From Rhynchobatus australiae (lineage: Eukaryota): 64,000 bases of DNA. A model generated the notes under the pieces. It made no database searches and had not been told where the DNA came from. It saw nothing but the letters and a program-made list of their open reading frames with translations. The stretch spans positions 16,472,789 through 16,536,788 of the forward strand of contig JAUZTB010000074.1 in the NCBI GenBank assembly GCA_034780895.1, written 5' to 3'. Below are positions 12,801-24,689 of the stretch, piece by piece (position 1 is the first letter of the stretch; each line of letters starts with the position of its first letter). The position numbers and the translations under genes are program-made.

Positions 12801-13439
12801 GTTGTGGTACTCGCATTGAATTGAAGGTAGCTTGCTGGCCTAATTAGCAGAATCAGTAAGAAGGTCATGAGTGCGTGTGTACAGTTGCTGAGGTTGTTGG
12901 TTTAAGCCTTTCAGCAGATATTAATCTTCCTACTGGATGTCAAAAATAAAATCTGTTCAATTTGAATTAGTTTGATCCATGTACAAAACAAAACAGGGAA
13001 TAAAATCTCCATAAAGCAAGGAAATATCCCTGTGCTTACTTTTTAAAACCTATTCTTTTACATCAGTGTCACACTCCTATTGTAATTTAGCCACAACCAT
13101 AATGGAAGCTTATTTTGATAAACCTATAAGTAGACGAAATGATCTGTGTAATCCCAGTGATCCATGGGTACACTTTGCTTAATCCTTTTTATTTTGTTCC
13201 CTTCCTTGAATATTGTTGTGCCATGCTTGCTGAATTAACACTGGTAAGGCTTCGGCAAATCAAGAGATTGTCTGTGGAGAAAGGAAGTTTTGCCTTTTCT
13301 CCCCCTCTTACAATGTTATGCCATATTTAAGCATCACTGCAGGCACTGTGCAGTCACCACTGCAAGGTGCTGTGAGAGGACAGTCTAATTCTGCTTAGTC
13401 CTGATCACTTCATGTTGGGGAGGGTGCTGCTGCTCTCCA

Positions 13440-13850
13440 GGGAGTACAGAGAGAAGCACTCAAGTTTATTTCAAGTACTTCAAATCCTAATTATGGGAAA
13501 AGGTTTAAGAAAATTTGATTTGATCATCTTGGAAAGAAGAGATTGAGGTAACTAAACTGAACTTTTTTAGAGATTTAAAGAGAATTGATTGATGCAAGCA
13601 ATGTGTTTGGATCACAAGTTGGAAAAACTGAGGAAAATCCAACAGGATATTTTTATTCACATGGACGTAAATTTATTAGAATAAGCTGCTTTCTGAAGGC
13701 TATTGAATTAAATAGCAATTTTAAACTTGCAGGGGCTGCAACCTCATTGTTGATAGGAGAAGATTCTGATAGAGGTGGTAACAAGAAGATTTGGATCATT
13801 CAAACAGCAATTGGCTCTTGGAGTCTAATGGCATTTACTTAGTTCCTATC
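13440..13850 (+). mobile_element. Highly decayed CR1 3' fragment
   Basis: gagtacagagagaag..aattatgggaaaaggtttaagaaa..cttggaaagaagagattgagg resembles (S/N)YEERL..LGLFSLEKRRLRG. Confidence 0.55.
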
Positions 13851-14329
13851 AGTTATAATAAAGCAATAAGTGATCTAAAGAAGGACATTTAAATACAGAA
13901 ACTGGTATTGTTTGATCATGTACTTGAATACTTGTTTTCAGAAAAAACTTCAAAATTTTGAATAATATTTTTTAAAGTATGGATGGAGAAGTCATGGCAT
14001 TTCCCATAAAATTGGGATTGTATATGATGGCAATTTGTCAAGTAGGATTGTTAAGTGTGCAGTGATTAATCAGCTTATTGTCATGGCAGATTAAAAGAGA
14101 ATAGGATGAAGAAAGATGTCCCGGTTTCTGGATGTGACTGAAGGTCAGCCTATTTCCCAGGGCCAGACAGCAAGTGAGCCAGTTTCAAGGACTTGTGAGC
14201 AGGGACAAATGGAGCAAAAGAAATCTGGACTAAACAATCCAAAGTTGATGCCTTTTGAGTGAGACAGAGTTATCTGAAAATTGTATGAAAATAGCATTCT
14301 TTTATGGAGCTGGGAAAGTGAGGTGTAAA

Positions 14330-14539
14330 TATTGGTATTGATTTATTATTGTCACTTGTACCGAGGTACAGTGGAAAAACCTTGTCTTGCACAACATTCA
14401 TACAGATCAATTCATTACATAGTACAGTAACATTGAGTTAGTACAAAGTGCATTGTGGTAGTACAGGTAAAAACAATAACAGTACAGAGTAAAGTGTCAC
14501 TGCTACAGAGAGAGTGCAGTGCAATAAGGTGCAAGGTCA
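14330..14539 (-). mobile_element. Rex1/Babar-like LINE 3' UTR, 5'-truncated copy
   Basis: Highly similar to 32110-32315. Confidence 0.85.
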
Positions 14540-14701
14540 ACTTGCATATTACGCTTTTCATATGAAGAGTNNNNNNNNNNAAGAGTCTGCAGTTTGAAAC
14601 TGCAATGAAATATGCTTTAGAAATTCTGCGTTTTCTGTGATGAGTTCTGCAGTTTTTTGATTTTTTTTCCCCAGAAAAACTCTCAAGATCCATTCTATTA
14701 T

Positions 14702-15290
14702 GGGCAGTACAGTGCACCACAGTTAGAACTTTTGTTGCACAGTTCCAATGCCCTGGGTTTGATCCTGTTCTCAGGTGCTGTCTGTGTGGAGTTTGCATGT
14801 TCTCTCCAAGCCTGGATATTACCCAGGTGCTCATGTTTCTTCCCACATCCTAAAGATGTGGTGGCAGACACAGTAGTGTAGTGGTTAGTGTAATGCTATT
14901 ACAGCAGCAGCGACCCAGGTTCAATTCCCACCACTGTCTGTGAGGAGTTTGTACGTTCTCCCCATGTCTGCATGGGTTTCCTCCGGGTGCTCCGGTTTTC
15001 TCCCACATTTCAAAGACATATGGGTTAGGAAGTTGTGGACATGCCATGTTGGCGCCGGAAGCATGGTGACACTTGCGGGCTGCCCCCAGAACACTCTTTG
15101 CAAAAGGTACATTTCACTGTGTGTTTCGATGTACATGTGACTAATAAAGATGCCTTCCCTTACCTTGGGTTAATTGGCCACTGTAAAATGCTCCTAGTAT
15201 AGGTAGGATCAGGAGAACAGGGAATTGATGGACGTGAGGGATAATGGGTTACAGGGAAATAAGTGGGAGAATGAGATTGAGAGCTGGATT
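14702..15290 (+). mobile_element. Older V-SINE (14702-14860 and 15167-15290) split by a younger SINE
   Basis: The V-domain stops at cccacatcctaaagatgtg and resumes at gggttaattggccactgtaaa after the insert. Confidence 0.8.
14861..15166 (+). mobile_element. Younger tRNA-derived V-SINE nested in a V-SINE
   Basis: A-box-like gtagtgtagtggtt, B-box ggttcaattcc, V-domain gggtttcctccgggtgctccggttttctcccaca, tail tttcactgtgtgtttcgatgtacatgtgactaataaa. Confidence 0.9.
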
Positions 15291-17194
15291 GTCAAGCACT
15301 TGGGAGGTAAGGGGTAAAAGTACAATTCATGCACTGCACCTTTCTCATAAAATGTCCAGAATTTCAAATGTTTTGCTTTTCTCTCTTTATGTAGCAATTA
15401 CATTTTATATACTGATGCTTTATTATCATCACTGCAAATGACTCTACTGAGGTTTGCCTCAGAATCTTTCATAGTGACTGTCAGTGCTGATAACCCTCTA
15501 ATTCCAGAGACTGCATCTATTTGGATAAATGATTAACAAGATGCTTTCACAAGAAGCAGTCAAGAATATTGTGGTATACAGAACTCTTAAATTCAAATAG
15601 CTGGCTGCTATAGTCACTCCGGAGATGGCCCTTTCTTTGTCAAAACTTTAGCTCTTCTGGAGCCTGGTTCCAGGCTGTCTTCAGTGAAGATTAGAAAATT
15701 ATCTTTTTCATGCTGTGAAGAGTTCTGATCTTGGCCATATGCCACAAACAACTAAATTAAGGCCTGGAATTTCTCTGGAAGTTGTACTTTTTTTTAAAGA
15801 AGTGCTTATTCACATACCCATTCTGTCAGTTTTCCTTGGATTCTGACTAGAATTAACTCAGATGTACAATAGATAGAAAGTATTGAAATTACTCACTGAA
15901 CTGACTCCAGATATTTCTTTAAGGACCTACAATTGGGGAAAGGTTTTGAATTCATAAGGTGCTTTTACAGTTGCCATGAAAGGCAGGGCAAATATCTGTA
16001 AGGATAAATGGGGGGAAAATGAATGCTTATAAATAATAATAAAGACCATAAAACTAATTTTTGTTTTCTGCTGCACTGCTACATCTGGTGTTAATTTTAA
16101 CAGCCTCTGAGTAAGCATGGCAACAGGAAATAAGAAGAAGAAAGGTTCTGCACCTTGGAAACAGGGACATTATTACCAGTGGAGATGCATTTTGTGAAGG
16201 GATTGATAGACCACAGTAAAAGATTGAGATGATGTAGGCTACTATACTATGTGATTTATGCCAAAAATCAGGATCATTCAGGCTGTACATTTGAGTTATG
16301 ACCCAATTACACATTTTTGTATGCATAAATACTCGAATTCCAGGGACATGTAAAAGTAAGTGATTGCATTCACTGAAAAGTAAGCTGCTATCAGAAAGTT
16401 GTCCAATAAAATACATTTCCCAAGTGATGTTCAGTTGAGAGAAATGAAAGAACATGACATAAAATGTCATAAAACGTCTATTTGTTCTTATCAGTAAAAA
16501 CATAATTGCTTAAATTAGCTATATCATTGAAATATGGTTCTGAACTTTGTATCCGTGAAATTATCAACTAAGCTGTTACTGCCAGCTTCTTTGCACAAAG
16601 TTTTTTATAATACACATTTTAGACTATGCATTCAGCCTGCCTTACCATGTTTTGCTGAGTTTTGGTCAGAAGGAGGATCTTCCCACAGTGTTTTTCCACC
16701 TTTTTAGGCTGAAGATAAAATTGCTCTTAAAATGTGTTTACAGTTTCACAAAATGTAGCAGGGACAGTTGGCTCAGAAATAGAAGCTGATGTAAGTAACA
16801 TGTTGCTCTGTTTTCTGGTGGAGCAGAATGGGGGAGAAATGCTGCACAGAACAACTGGTCATATCTTGAAGTACCACCAGCAGATTCATTTGAAGAAGTG
16901 TGCCATTCTAGGGAGAATTACTGCCTGTGGTATGCAGGCATTGGAATTTTGTTAGTAGCTGGCACCACACAAGTGGTGTGGAGGGAAGGTCCCTGAGCAC
17001 TCCCTACTTTTGTCAGCAAGTGCATTCTGCAGACTTGCTCTCCAAAATACAGAATGTTAAAGTGCTGACAGCAAGGAGAAATTTATTTTGCGTTGGCAAA
17101 ATGAAACAGTACAAAAAGAGTTAGTTCATTTTTTAAAATTTAAATTCAACTATTCCATGAAAAAGTAGCCAAAGGGATACTGTTCTGTTACTTT

Positions 17195-17380
17195 CAGAAA
17201 GCCTTGCATTTATGTCTCTCCATTTACACTCTTGGCAGGTTCCAAAATGCTTAACTGCTATTGAAGCACTTTAAAATATGGTCACTGTTGTAAAACAGAA
17301 ACCATCTTGTGCATGGCAAGCTTCCAAAAAGAGTAATGCAATTTTTGTTTACTGGCACTGAATGAGGAATTAACATCTAG
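17195..17380 (-). mobile_element. DeuSINE/L2-type 3' tail
   Basis: ttgcatttat..tgaagcactttaaaatatggtcactgttgtaa; related copy at 29945-30115. Confidence 0.6.
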
Positions 17381-17559
17381 TTTCATTCTGAAATATAGAT
17401 TTTATTGTGGGCATTTTCTCATGTACTTAATGTGCTCAGCTAAAGCACTAGCTACTATAAAAGTGGCATCGACCACTGCCCTGTCTCTCTTTCTCTGTTC
17501 CCTTTTTTTTCCACGATTTTCTACCAACTTGGTAGCAGCATCTCAAAACTTAGTTTGCT

Positions 17560-17830
17560 TGGATAAGCTGTTGGTGCCTATTTCTGCCTCACCATCACCT
17601 CTCCTGACCCCTAATTTGCCACTCATTACAAAAATTTCCATCAACCAAATGTTGGAAAGACCATAGCTATTATGTTTATTTTCCAACCCCTGCCCCTCCA
17701 ATAAAACTCCTTCCTCTGTTCATTGACTCCTTTCCAATCCCCAGTAATCGTTGAGAGGCTGAATCTAGTAGCTTGCACCCATAGTGTCAAATCGAGCCTT
17801 GAAGCTCAGACCTCAAATTGAATACTACTG
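17560..17830 (+). mobile_element. L2 LINE fragment
   Basis: aatttccatcaaccaaatgttggaaagaccatagctatt resembles NFLQLNIGKTEAI; homologous to 61150-61620. Confidence 0.55.
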
Positions 17831-17899
17831 ATAACACAGTACTTCATGGAATCCTAGTTTTGAGCTACCAGGTCTATGTTGAATCCATTGGTGGGGTGA

Positions 17900-18560
17900 T
17901 CTGGGTGGTGAAAACAGGACTTCGTTTCAATGAAGCTTGGGGGGCTGATCTCCATTTCTAGTACCATCCTGGACTGGTGTATCTGTGATAGGTTGCTTGG
18001 TTATTGACAAGGTCAGTTCTCCAGGAATTGGCCAGCTTGTTCAGGGGTGATGCTACTGTGCCACTGGGGTGATTTAAATATTGAAGTTCCGCACCCACAA
18101 TTTATTCCCTTCTCTTGTCAATCTTTGTGCGTCTTTGAGACAGTATCCAATTTGGTGAAATATTAGTTCATCAGCTAAGGGAATGTGATAAATGGTCATC
18201 AGGTGGCGGTGCCTGTGATTAATCTTTCTATACCTCTTGGTCTCTCCACATCTTGCTTGCTGTTCCAAGATGCCCTTTTAAGTTCTACTTTCCCAAGCGT
18301 TTGACCATCTTTACTAATATCTTGTTGTGCAAGCCACTGAATTTTGTTAACATTGTTGTGAAACATCTTTTGGCAGGGATGGGGGGGGGTGGGGTTGTCT
18401 TCCAATGTGCTAAAGGGACTATATAAATGCAGATTATGTTTGGTATTCTTGGCCTTGTGGATTGGTTAAAATAAATTGAACTATCATCACTTGATGTAGC
18501 CCACTTTTGTTTAGCTGGGAGCAAGTCTACTATTTATTAGTTAGATGCTCCTTTTGGCTG
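17900..18560 (-). mobile_element. Decayed Gypsy-type LTR retrotransposon integrase C-terminal region
   Basis: Minus-strand fragments LAHWKTTP (cf. LL.YRTTPH) and GNKLWVRNF..PQW (cf. GD.VWVRNF..PKW) occur in integrase order. Confidence 0.4.
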
Positions 18561-18889
18561 AACTCGTGTAAAACAAACAAAAAAAAATTCAAGATAAATC
18601 ATTAATATCGTGCCACAGAATCTCAACTTCATGTCCCAAACATTTATATGCACATAAAGTGCACTCATGCTTCCACCTAAAAGGTTTTGTTTTGCAGATA
18701 TTACTCTTAAGCTGAATAATGGGGTTTTAGAGCAATATTCATGGTCAATAATATCTTAATTTATCCGGGAATAAAGACTTTGAGTATAGCAGTAAACTAA
18801 CATTTATTATTCAGCTGAATTAATGATAAAGAAACAAATTAACTAGGATCAGGAGGAGAGAGAGAGAAAAGTCGATTAGTGTTACTCTC

Positions 18890-19260
18890 TTTTTTTCTTC
18901 AGCATTCCTTCTAAGATTGAGGATGATTTGCTTCCACTCTGGTTTTGTGGGTTCATAGGTGGTTAATGAGGACGATGTGGAATGGCAGGCTCTTCCACAG
19001 GGTGTGCAGATGGGTGCACTACTTCTGCCACTTATGCAGGGGTCCTAATGTGTGGCCTATAGGTTCTCAATACCATCCCGAATGCTCCCTCTTTTTTTTC
19101 CAGAGGTCCCAGGAGTCAGTGGTGGTGATGCATTTTTTTTCAAGGAAACTTTAAGCATATATTCAAATCTTTTCTTGATAACATCCGCCTATGACAAAAT
19201 TTAGAATAATGTATTTGTTTCAGGAATGTGGTGTAAAAAAAAATGATGCCCAGCCTTGTA
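18890..19260 (-). mobile_element. RTE-clade LINE 3' end
   Basis: Reverse reads LK..LKKKCITT.TDSWD.L..SIRDGIE; homologous to 25615-26135. Confidence 0.65.
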
Positions 19261-21494
19261 AGAAGACTTTAGAGCCGATAGTTTAGATTTTCTAAAAGAG
19301 TTTTTAAGGAATATCTGGACAAAGGAGAGCTAGGAATTCATTCTGGGCCTTGAGGGAAGGAATTCTAGCTCTTGATGGCTGATGGCTGTCAGTGGTGGAG
19401 TGATTTAAATTTTAGAATGATCAATTGAAGGGATGCAGAAATCTATGTTATTGGGCTGTAACATTTGCTTTGAAGTAGGAATCTCATTTATGATTCTACT
19501 CAGTGTAATTTTTTTTCATCTTTTAGATGATGATTGATTTCTAGGCCTGTTGTTTCCAGATCCAAATGCTATAATTCTCAGCTTATTTAATTCCTAACTA
19601 TTTTTAAAGATCTATTTGGTTAATGTGGAAGCCGTGACTGACTAAATTGTTCAAAAACAAATGTAAGTATTTTTACCCATGAACTGATACACTTGTCTTT
19701 AATGCCTGCTAACATTGCCATAGTTTTAATGGATATTCTATAACTAAATACTATTTGCTGCAAGTCATTGGTAATGGACAGTTTTAATCAGTGCCACAAC
19801 TGGTGATACATTGAACTAACAGGTGTTCCCAGGGGTCACTTTTTAATTGAGATGAAAGGCTGTAAAGTTACTGGATGTTTGCTGCCAAGATATTCTGTTC
19901 CATTAGATGCAATGAACAGTTGCTGTTGGCATAAATTTTGTGCATCTTTATAACAGAGTGCTGTCTTCATTTATATTTCTTAAACAATACAATGACAAAG
20001 AATAAAAAATGTTCAAACTAAATTTTGGATTTGTAAGAGTTGCTGCCACACAAATATGGATTAGTTGGGAAGGAAGACAATTAATGTTATGCCAGGTTAT
20101 ATTTATTTCTCGTGATATATTTGATCAACTACTCTTACATGTAAGGTCTTAAGTTATTTATCTGCACATAACTTGCTCTAAATTGCTTAGTTAACTGAAC
20201 TAATTTATTCTTTTGTGTGTTTATGATCAGCTGTCAGTTGCCTTTGTGAATTTACATTACATTTGAATGCAACACTAGAACAAATAAAAAAATATTTATT
20301 AATTTACTTCCAAGATACTCAAACAATCAAATAATGTGTTTCTAACTTTGTGTCCGTATATTTGATTGTGCCAAAATCAATATCCAGTTTAGAAAAATTC
20401 CTTTCCTTGTATTTTGTGTTCTGCTTCCAGCAATTCCATCACTTGTATTTTATCCCCACACATATTTTTTCTTTTAAAATGAGTGTAAAGATTGAACAGA
20501 GTATGTCCTGTTTTTATTTCAAAACCTATTCCTGTATGGTTTAAAATAATTTGAATTGAAAATGAATAAAATCACGCAGTAGAGAATAGGTAATGGTTAG
20601 GAATAATTATAAAGTCTTTAAATCTTTTGGACTGTTCTTGTACTAGTCTGTGGAGAAGTACTCATTATGTGGACTAAATCAAAACTATATGTTTATATTT
20701 TGTCCCTTGAGATGTTTAGAGCCACAATTGTATTTTCTGCTTCAAGGCATCTAACTTTGAGTACTTTTTTTACATTGTGATTGGGTACTGGGGTATGTGT
20801 CAAGACTGCCAACCTACTAGATTTGGGTTGCCAGCCCCCCTTTGAGTGAGTGGTGCACTCCCAGCTTAGCCTTTTACATCTTGATGTGGACATGCGCATA
20901 AAATTATCTTGTCTGCTAAGATGATGATTGTTCATGATCCCATTATGCTATAGGTTATCAACGTCACAGAAATATGTTGCTGCAAGTGCCCCATTAAGAT
21001 CAGCAGCAGTAAAGAAGACCAGTTCTTCATTGTTGCTGGTTATTAATAAATATCGGTTCAACTTGCTTTCACTGAAGAAGCTGGTGAACAGTGAACAATA
21101 AGAATACCCACTGGATTTCTCTTCAGTGTTGTTTTTCAGCTCTTTGTTGCAAGTCTAATTAGCTATCCTTTCGTATATGCACTTCTTGCATGCGCGTAGT
21201 GCATATTGAGAACGTTCAAAACACCAGGTGGAAATTTCAACTTTGGCAGGGTTGCACCAAATTGTTAGGAATAGAGAGGAAAATCAGTCAGGGTTACAAG
21301 GGTTGGAAGATCCTGCACTGCTTGTGGTTGCACTATGAGTTTGTATTTGATTGCAGTATATTAATAATCAGTTTCACAGTTGCCATTCAGAAGCCTACTG
21401 ATTTTTGTTTCAAGTGAACTTTTTGGAAGATTAATGATCATGGATCAAGGTGAAGGCCAAACTGAACTCTGAATGGAATCTGTGGGGGCATGAG

Positions 21495-21705
21495 GTAGAA
21501 TGTATGCTGTTGTGTCAACAGTTCATGGTTTCACCTCTCAGTTTAAACATTTGAGCTAAAACCCAAGTTACTGTCTTTTCAGAGGCATTAAGTTGAGGCT
21601 CTGTTTGCGCTGGTGGGCAGATATAATAGGTTACATGGGACTATTTTGAAGAAGAATAGCAGAGTAGCCATGTGTCATCCAAAGTGTTTGTCCCATAATT
21701 AACAT
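21495..21705 (+). mobile_element. DeuSINE (SacSINE1/AmnSINE1-like Deu domain)
   Basis: tgtcttttcagaggcattaagttgaggctctgtttgc..catgggactattttgaagaagaatagcagagt matches the recalled Deu-domain core. Confidence 0.6.
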
Positions 21706-22927
21706 CTGGTTATTTCCAGCATCTGCACTTTTCTGCTTTTCATTTTCTGACTTGGACTTCTCCTTTTCCATTGCTGGAAAAAAAACTCTGGTGCTCAGCA
21801 GCTGTGATGTCATGAGGCATACTGAGCAGGTGCATTAAGTAATCTTCACATACAGCATACCAGGAAGGAAAGGGCACAGATCTAAATGCTCTAAATATCT
21901 TACAGGGTGCAAAGAAAGATTTGGACTGGACATACATGAATAAAAGAGAAGCTGAAATATCATAAAATTAGTTTTATTTAACCTCAAATTTATATCTGAG
22001 GGAATTATAAGCCACATAAAGAATTTTTTTTGGAGAAAGTTTGTTAAGCAGTAATTCTGACATGGACCTCAAGACACAAAACATAAGTTTTAGTTATTTT
22101 GTAATGAATCTGTTCTTTAAGTACTTTAAGTTCATATTAATTCACTTAATTTCCCTCAATTTTGGAAGTAAGCAAGGGCATGGGGAGCTTACAGGAGCAT
22201 CCCCTACCCAACCAAAAGTCATTCTGTTTTATTAAAAATGTGCATGCATTTAATGTATCTCTTCAAAATAGTCAAAGTGTAAACAGCTGCAAAGCAGCAT
22301 AGGCTGCAGAGATGGGGTGAATCACTAACCACAACTTCAGGAACTCTTCCTTAAAATATACAACCACAGAAATCCAGAAGTTTTTGTCAGTTTAATGAAG
22401 TAATGATATTGAATGTTAATAGTTTTGCCATCATTACAATCACATTTACATTGGTGTACATTGGCTCTTAGTCGGCACTGATCCATTTTTTAAATTATCA
22501 CCGTTACTTCAAATCCTCTTGTGCCTTTTTTCTCCTTGTTACAAGGAGAAAGGTTGTTTCTCCTTGTAACCATCAATAATTTCAATATTCCACAGTCCTT
22601 ATCTTCTTATTGATGGAATGTTGTCAATGTTCACAGAAAACATTTGTATAGAAAAATATCATGCAAAAATCACCCATTAAAATGCACTTTCTGTAAAAGG
22701 CAACAAAATTTGTTCCAACATATTTTCAATCAACTTTCTAACATTTATCTATCTTGATTCTATTTTTGCTTTACTGCCTCTGGTTGCATTTCATAGCCTC
22801 TTTTTTTTCAAAAATGAAACTTTTCTCAAGCTTTCTCTCTATCTTACATTTAATCTAAGCTCTGAATCCCCTTGTTCAGGTCTTTCCAACCTCTAGTGAG
22901 AGTCTCTTTCTAGCTATTTTGTAACTA

Positions 22928-23139
22928 CAGGTCCTCCCCAGGTTACAACAGGATTCTGTTCCTGTGAACTGTCTGTAACCTGAACAGTACTCAAGTTGGA
23001 AATGCGGTCACGAACTGAGTCCCCGCATGGCAGAAGGTGCCTGCAGCAGCCAGCAAATCCATCCTGCTGGTCTCCCAAATGGTCATTCGTGTATAAGGGC
23101 TGTACATAAGTCAGGCACTTGTAAACTGAGGAGGACCTG
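22928..23139. mobile_element. Tc1-mariner (pogo/Tigger-like) MITE, 212 bp
   Basis: TIRs CAGGTCCTCCCCAGGTTACAA and TTGTAAACTGAGGAGGACCTG match at 19/21; TA on the left flank, GA on the right. Confidence 0.8.
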
Positions 23140-23416
23140 GATCTTTCATGATTTAAATATCCCTATCAAATTACCCTTGAATTTTCTCTGCTGTAATCTA
23201 ACACCCCAGTTATTTTCTGTTTTTTTGATCCCTCAAATCAATCCTTTGTCAATGTTACCCCAATACCTGTATTATAGCTTTTTTATATGCTCTGCCTTTG
23301 GGATACTTCAGTTTAGATTTGATTTGTTCTGTTGTTTATAAGATTTAAAAAAAAATCATTTAAGTTTCTTTAAGAAATGAGCATTATTATTTCATCGTTG
23401 TCTTTATTCACACTAG

Positions 23417-23551
23417 GCTTTGAAAGAGGAAATAAGCTGAGCACATCTACAAGAAGATAGTTAAAGAGAGAAGTCTGTACCATGAACTAGGACATTAAAT
23501 ACTGACAAAGCTACGATTCCACGCTGATATATTGGAAAAAGGAAGTTGAAG
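23417..23551 (+). other. MEF2A: Probable 5' UTR part of the MEF2A ATG-containing exon
   Basis: Pyrimidine-rich tract tttcatcgttgtctttattcacacTAG gives an acceptor at 23415-23416 and a 189-nt exon. Vertebrate MEF2 genes have upstream non-coding exons. Confidence 0.65.
23482..23490 (+). promoter_or_regulatory. Minimal upstream ORF (Met-Asn-stop) in the MEF2A leader
   Basis: accATGAACTAG with A at -3; it is the only upstream ATG in the predicted exon and ends 61 nt before the main ATG. Confidence 0.5.
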
Positions 23552-23605
23552 ATGGGGCGGAAAAAGATTCAGATTACAAGGATCATGGATGAGCGTAACA
23601 GACAG
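23552..23605 (+). CDS. MEF2A: Myocyte enhancer factor 2A, first coding exon (MADS-box N-terminus, 18 codons)
   Basis: Encodes MGRKKIQITRIMDERNRQ. The ATG is in strong context (aagATGG). The 54 coding nt end at the donor CAG|GTAAGA, the conserved phase-0 MEF2 intron position. Confidence 0.97.
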
Positions 23606-23749
23606 GTAAGAAAATCGGTTTTGGAAATGTGTGGAATAGGATTCAGTACGCCTTCAGACCTAGTCATCCACATTCATTTCCACATCGCACAACATCCTGA
23701 CTTGAAAATGTATTGTTGCTATTACATCCCAGAACTCTGAAACTAATGC

Positions 23750-23880
23750 AAAACCCCTAAGGGTTGCAGGGGTTTATGAAGGTGTCACACCAACACCATC
23801 TTAAGAGTATTTAAGGATGAGCAATAACTGCTGGCCTTGTTAGCATAGCTCCCGTACCATGAATGAATTTTAAAAAATGA
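23750..23880 (+). mobile_element. LINE 3' end (CR1/L2 group)
   Basis: aggatgagcaataactgctggccttgttagc..ccatgaatgaattttaaaaaa; related piece at 58900-59075. Confidence 0.6.
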
Positions 23881-24689
23881 AAACTCAATACTGCATTGGT
23901 GTATGTGGCTCTTAAATCATCAGAGGGTTCATGTTCATGTTTATGATGCCACCGCACCTAGCAACCAGAGGAAATCTTTCCACTGATCTTTTAATAGTTG
24001 AAATTCAATATGTTGTGTGCCACTAATGGTGACTGGTGTTATGCCTTANNNNNNNNNNNNNNNNNNNNNNNNNNNNNNNNNNNNNNNNNNNNNNNNNNNN
24101 NNNNNNNNNNNNNNNNNNNNNNNNNNNNNNNNNNNNNNNNNNNNNNNNNNNNNNNNNNNNNNNNNNNNNNNNNNNNNNNNNNNNNNNNNNNNNNNNNNNN
24201 NNNNNNNNNNNNNNNNNNNNNNNNNNNTTTTTGCCATCTATTTTGTTAACTGTATCCATGAAATTGTAACAAAGTTTGTAGCTGATACCCGTGTGCAATG
24301 CTTTATGTTTTATAATAGAAAGCTGCCCATGGGAGGTGTACACGAATAGTCTGCAGTATAAACTCTAATTCCAGTCATTGTGCCAGTGTACATTTTTGTG
24401 CAAAAGCTAGGAACACATTCTTAAATATGGTGTGCAACAGTTGTCTTTATTGGAAAAAGAGTGCAAATAACATGGAATTTTTATATCACATTTTTTTTCC
24501 TTTGCCGGCATTCTATTATCAAGTTCTCTGTTGGACCTTTAAAATTGAAAATCTAATACAAGTGTTGAAACAAAGAACCTAAAATGTGCCAAATTTTACT
24601 AAGTTTTAACCTTTTCTGATGGGCACACTTTATGCGCTGCACCAAACTTCCACTCCACTGAAATCAGTGCAGTCAGGTAGCAGATTAAA

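Noticed and set aside
14861-14935. tRNA-like A and B boxes
   Set aside because: This is a SINE head continuing into a V-domain, with no complete cloverleaf.
16054-16503. 149-aa minus-strand ORF, the longest ungapped ORF in the track
   Set aside because: No recognisable domain or splice structure; its composition is typical of a chance ORF in AT-rich DNA.
23606-23740. ORF-track extensions of the MEF2 exons (VRKSVLEM.. here and VSATKLQ.. at 28686-28799)
   Set aside because: These are read-through into introns past canonical GTAAG donors.
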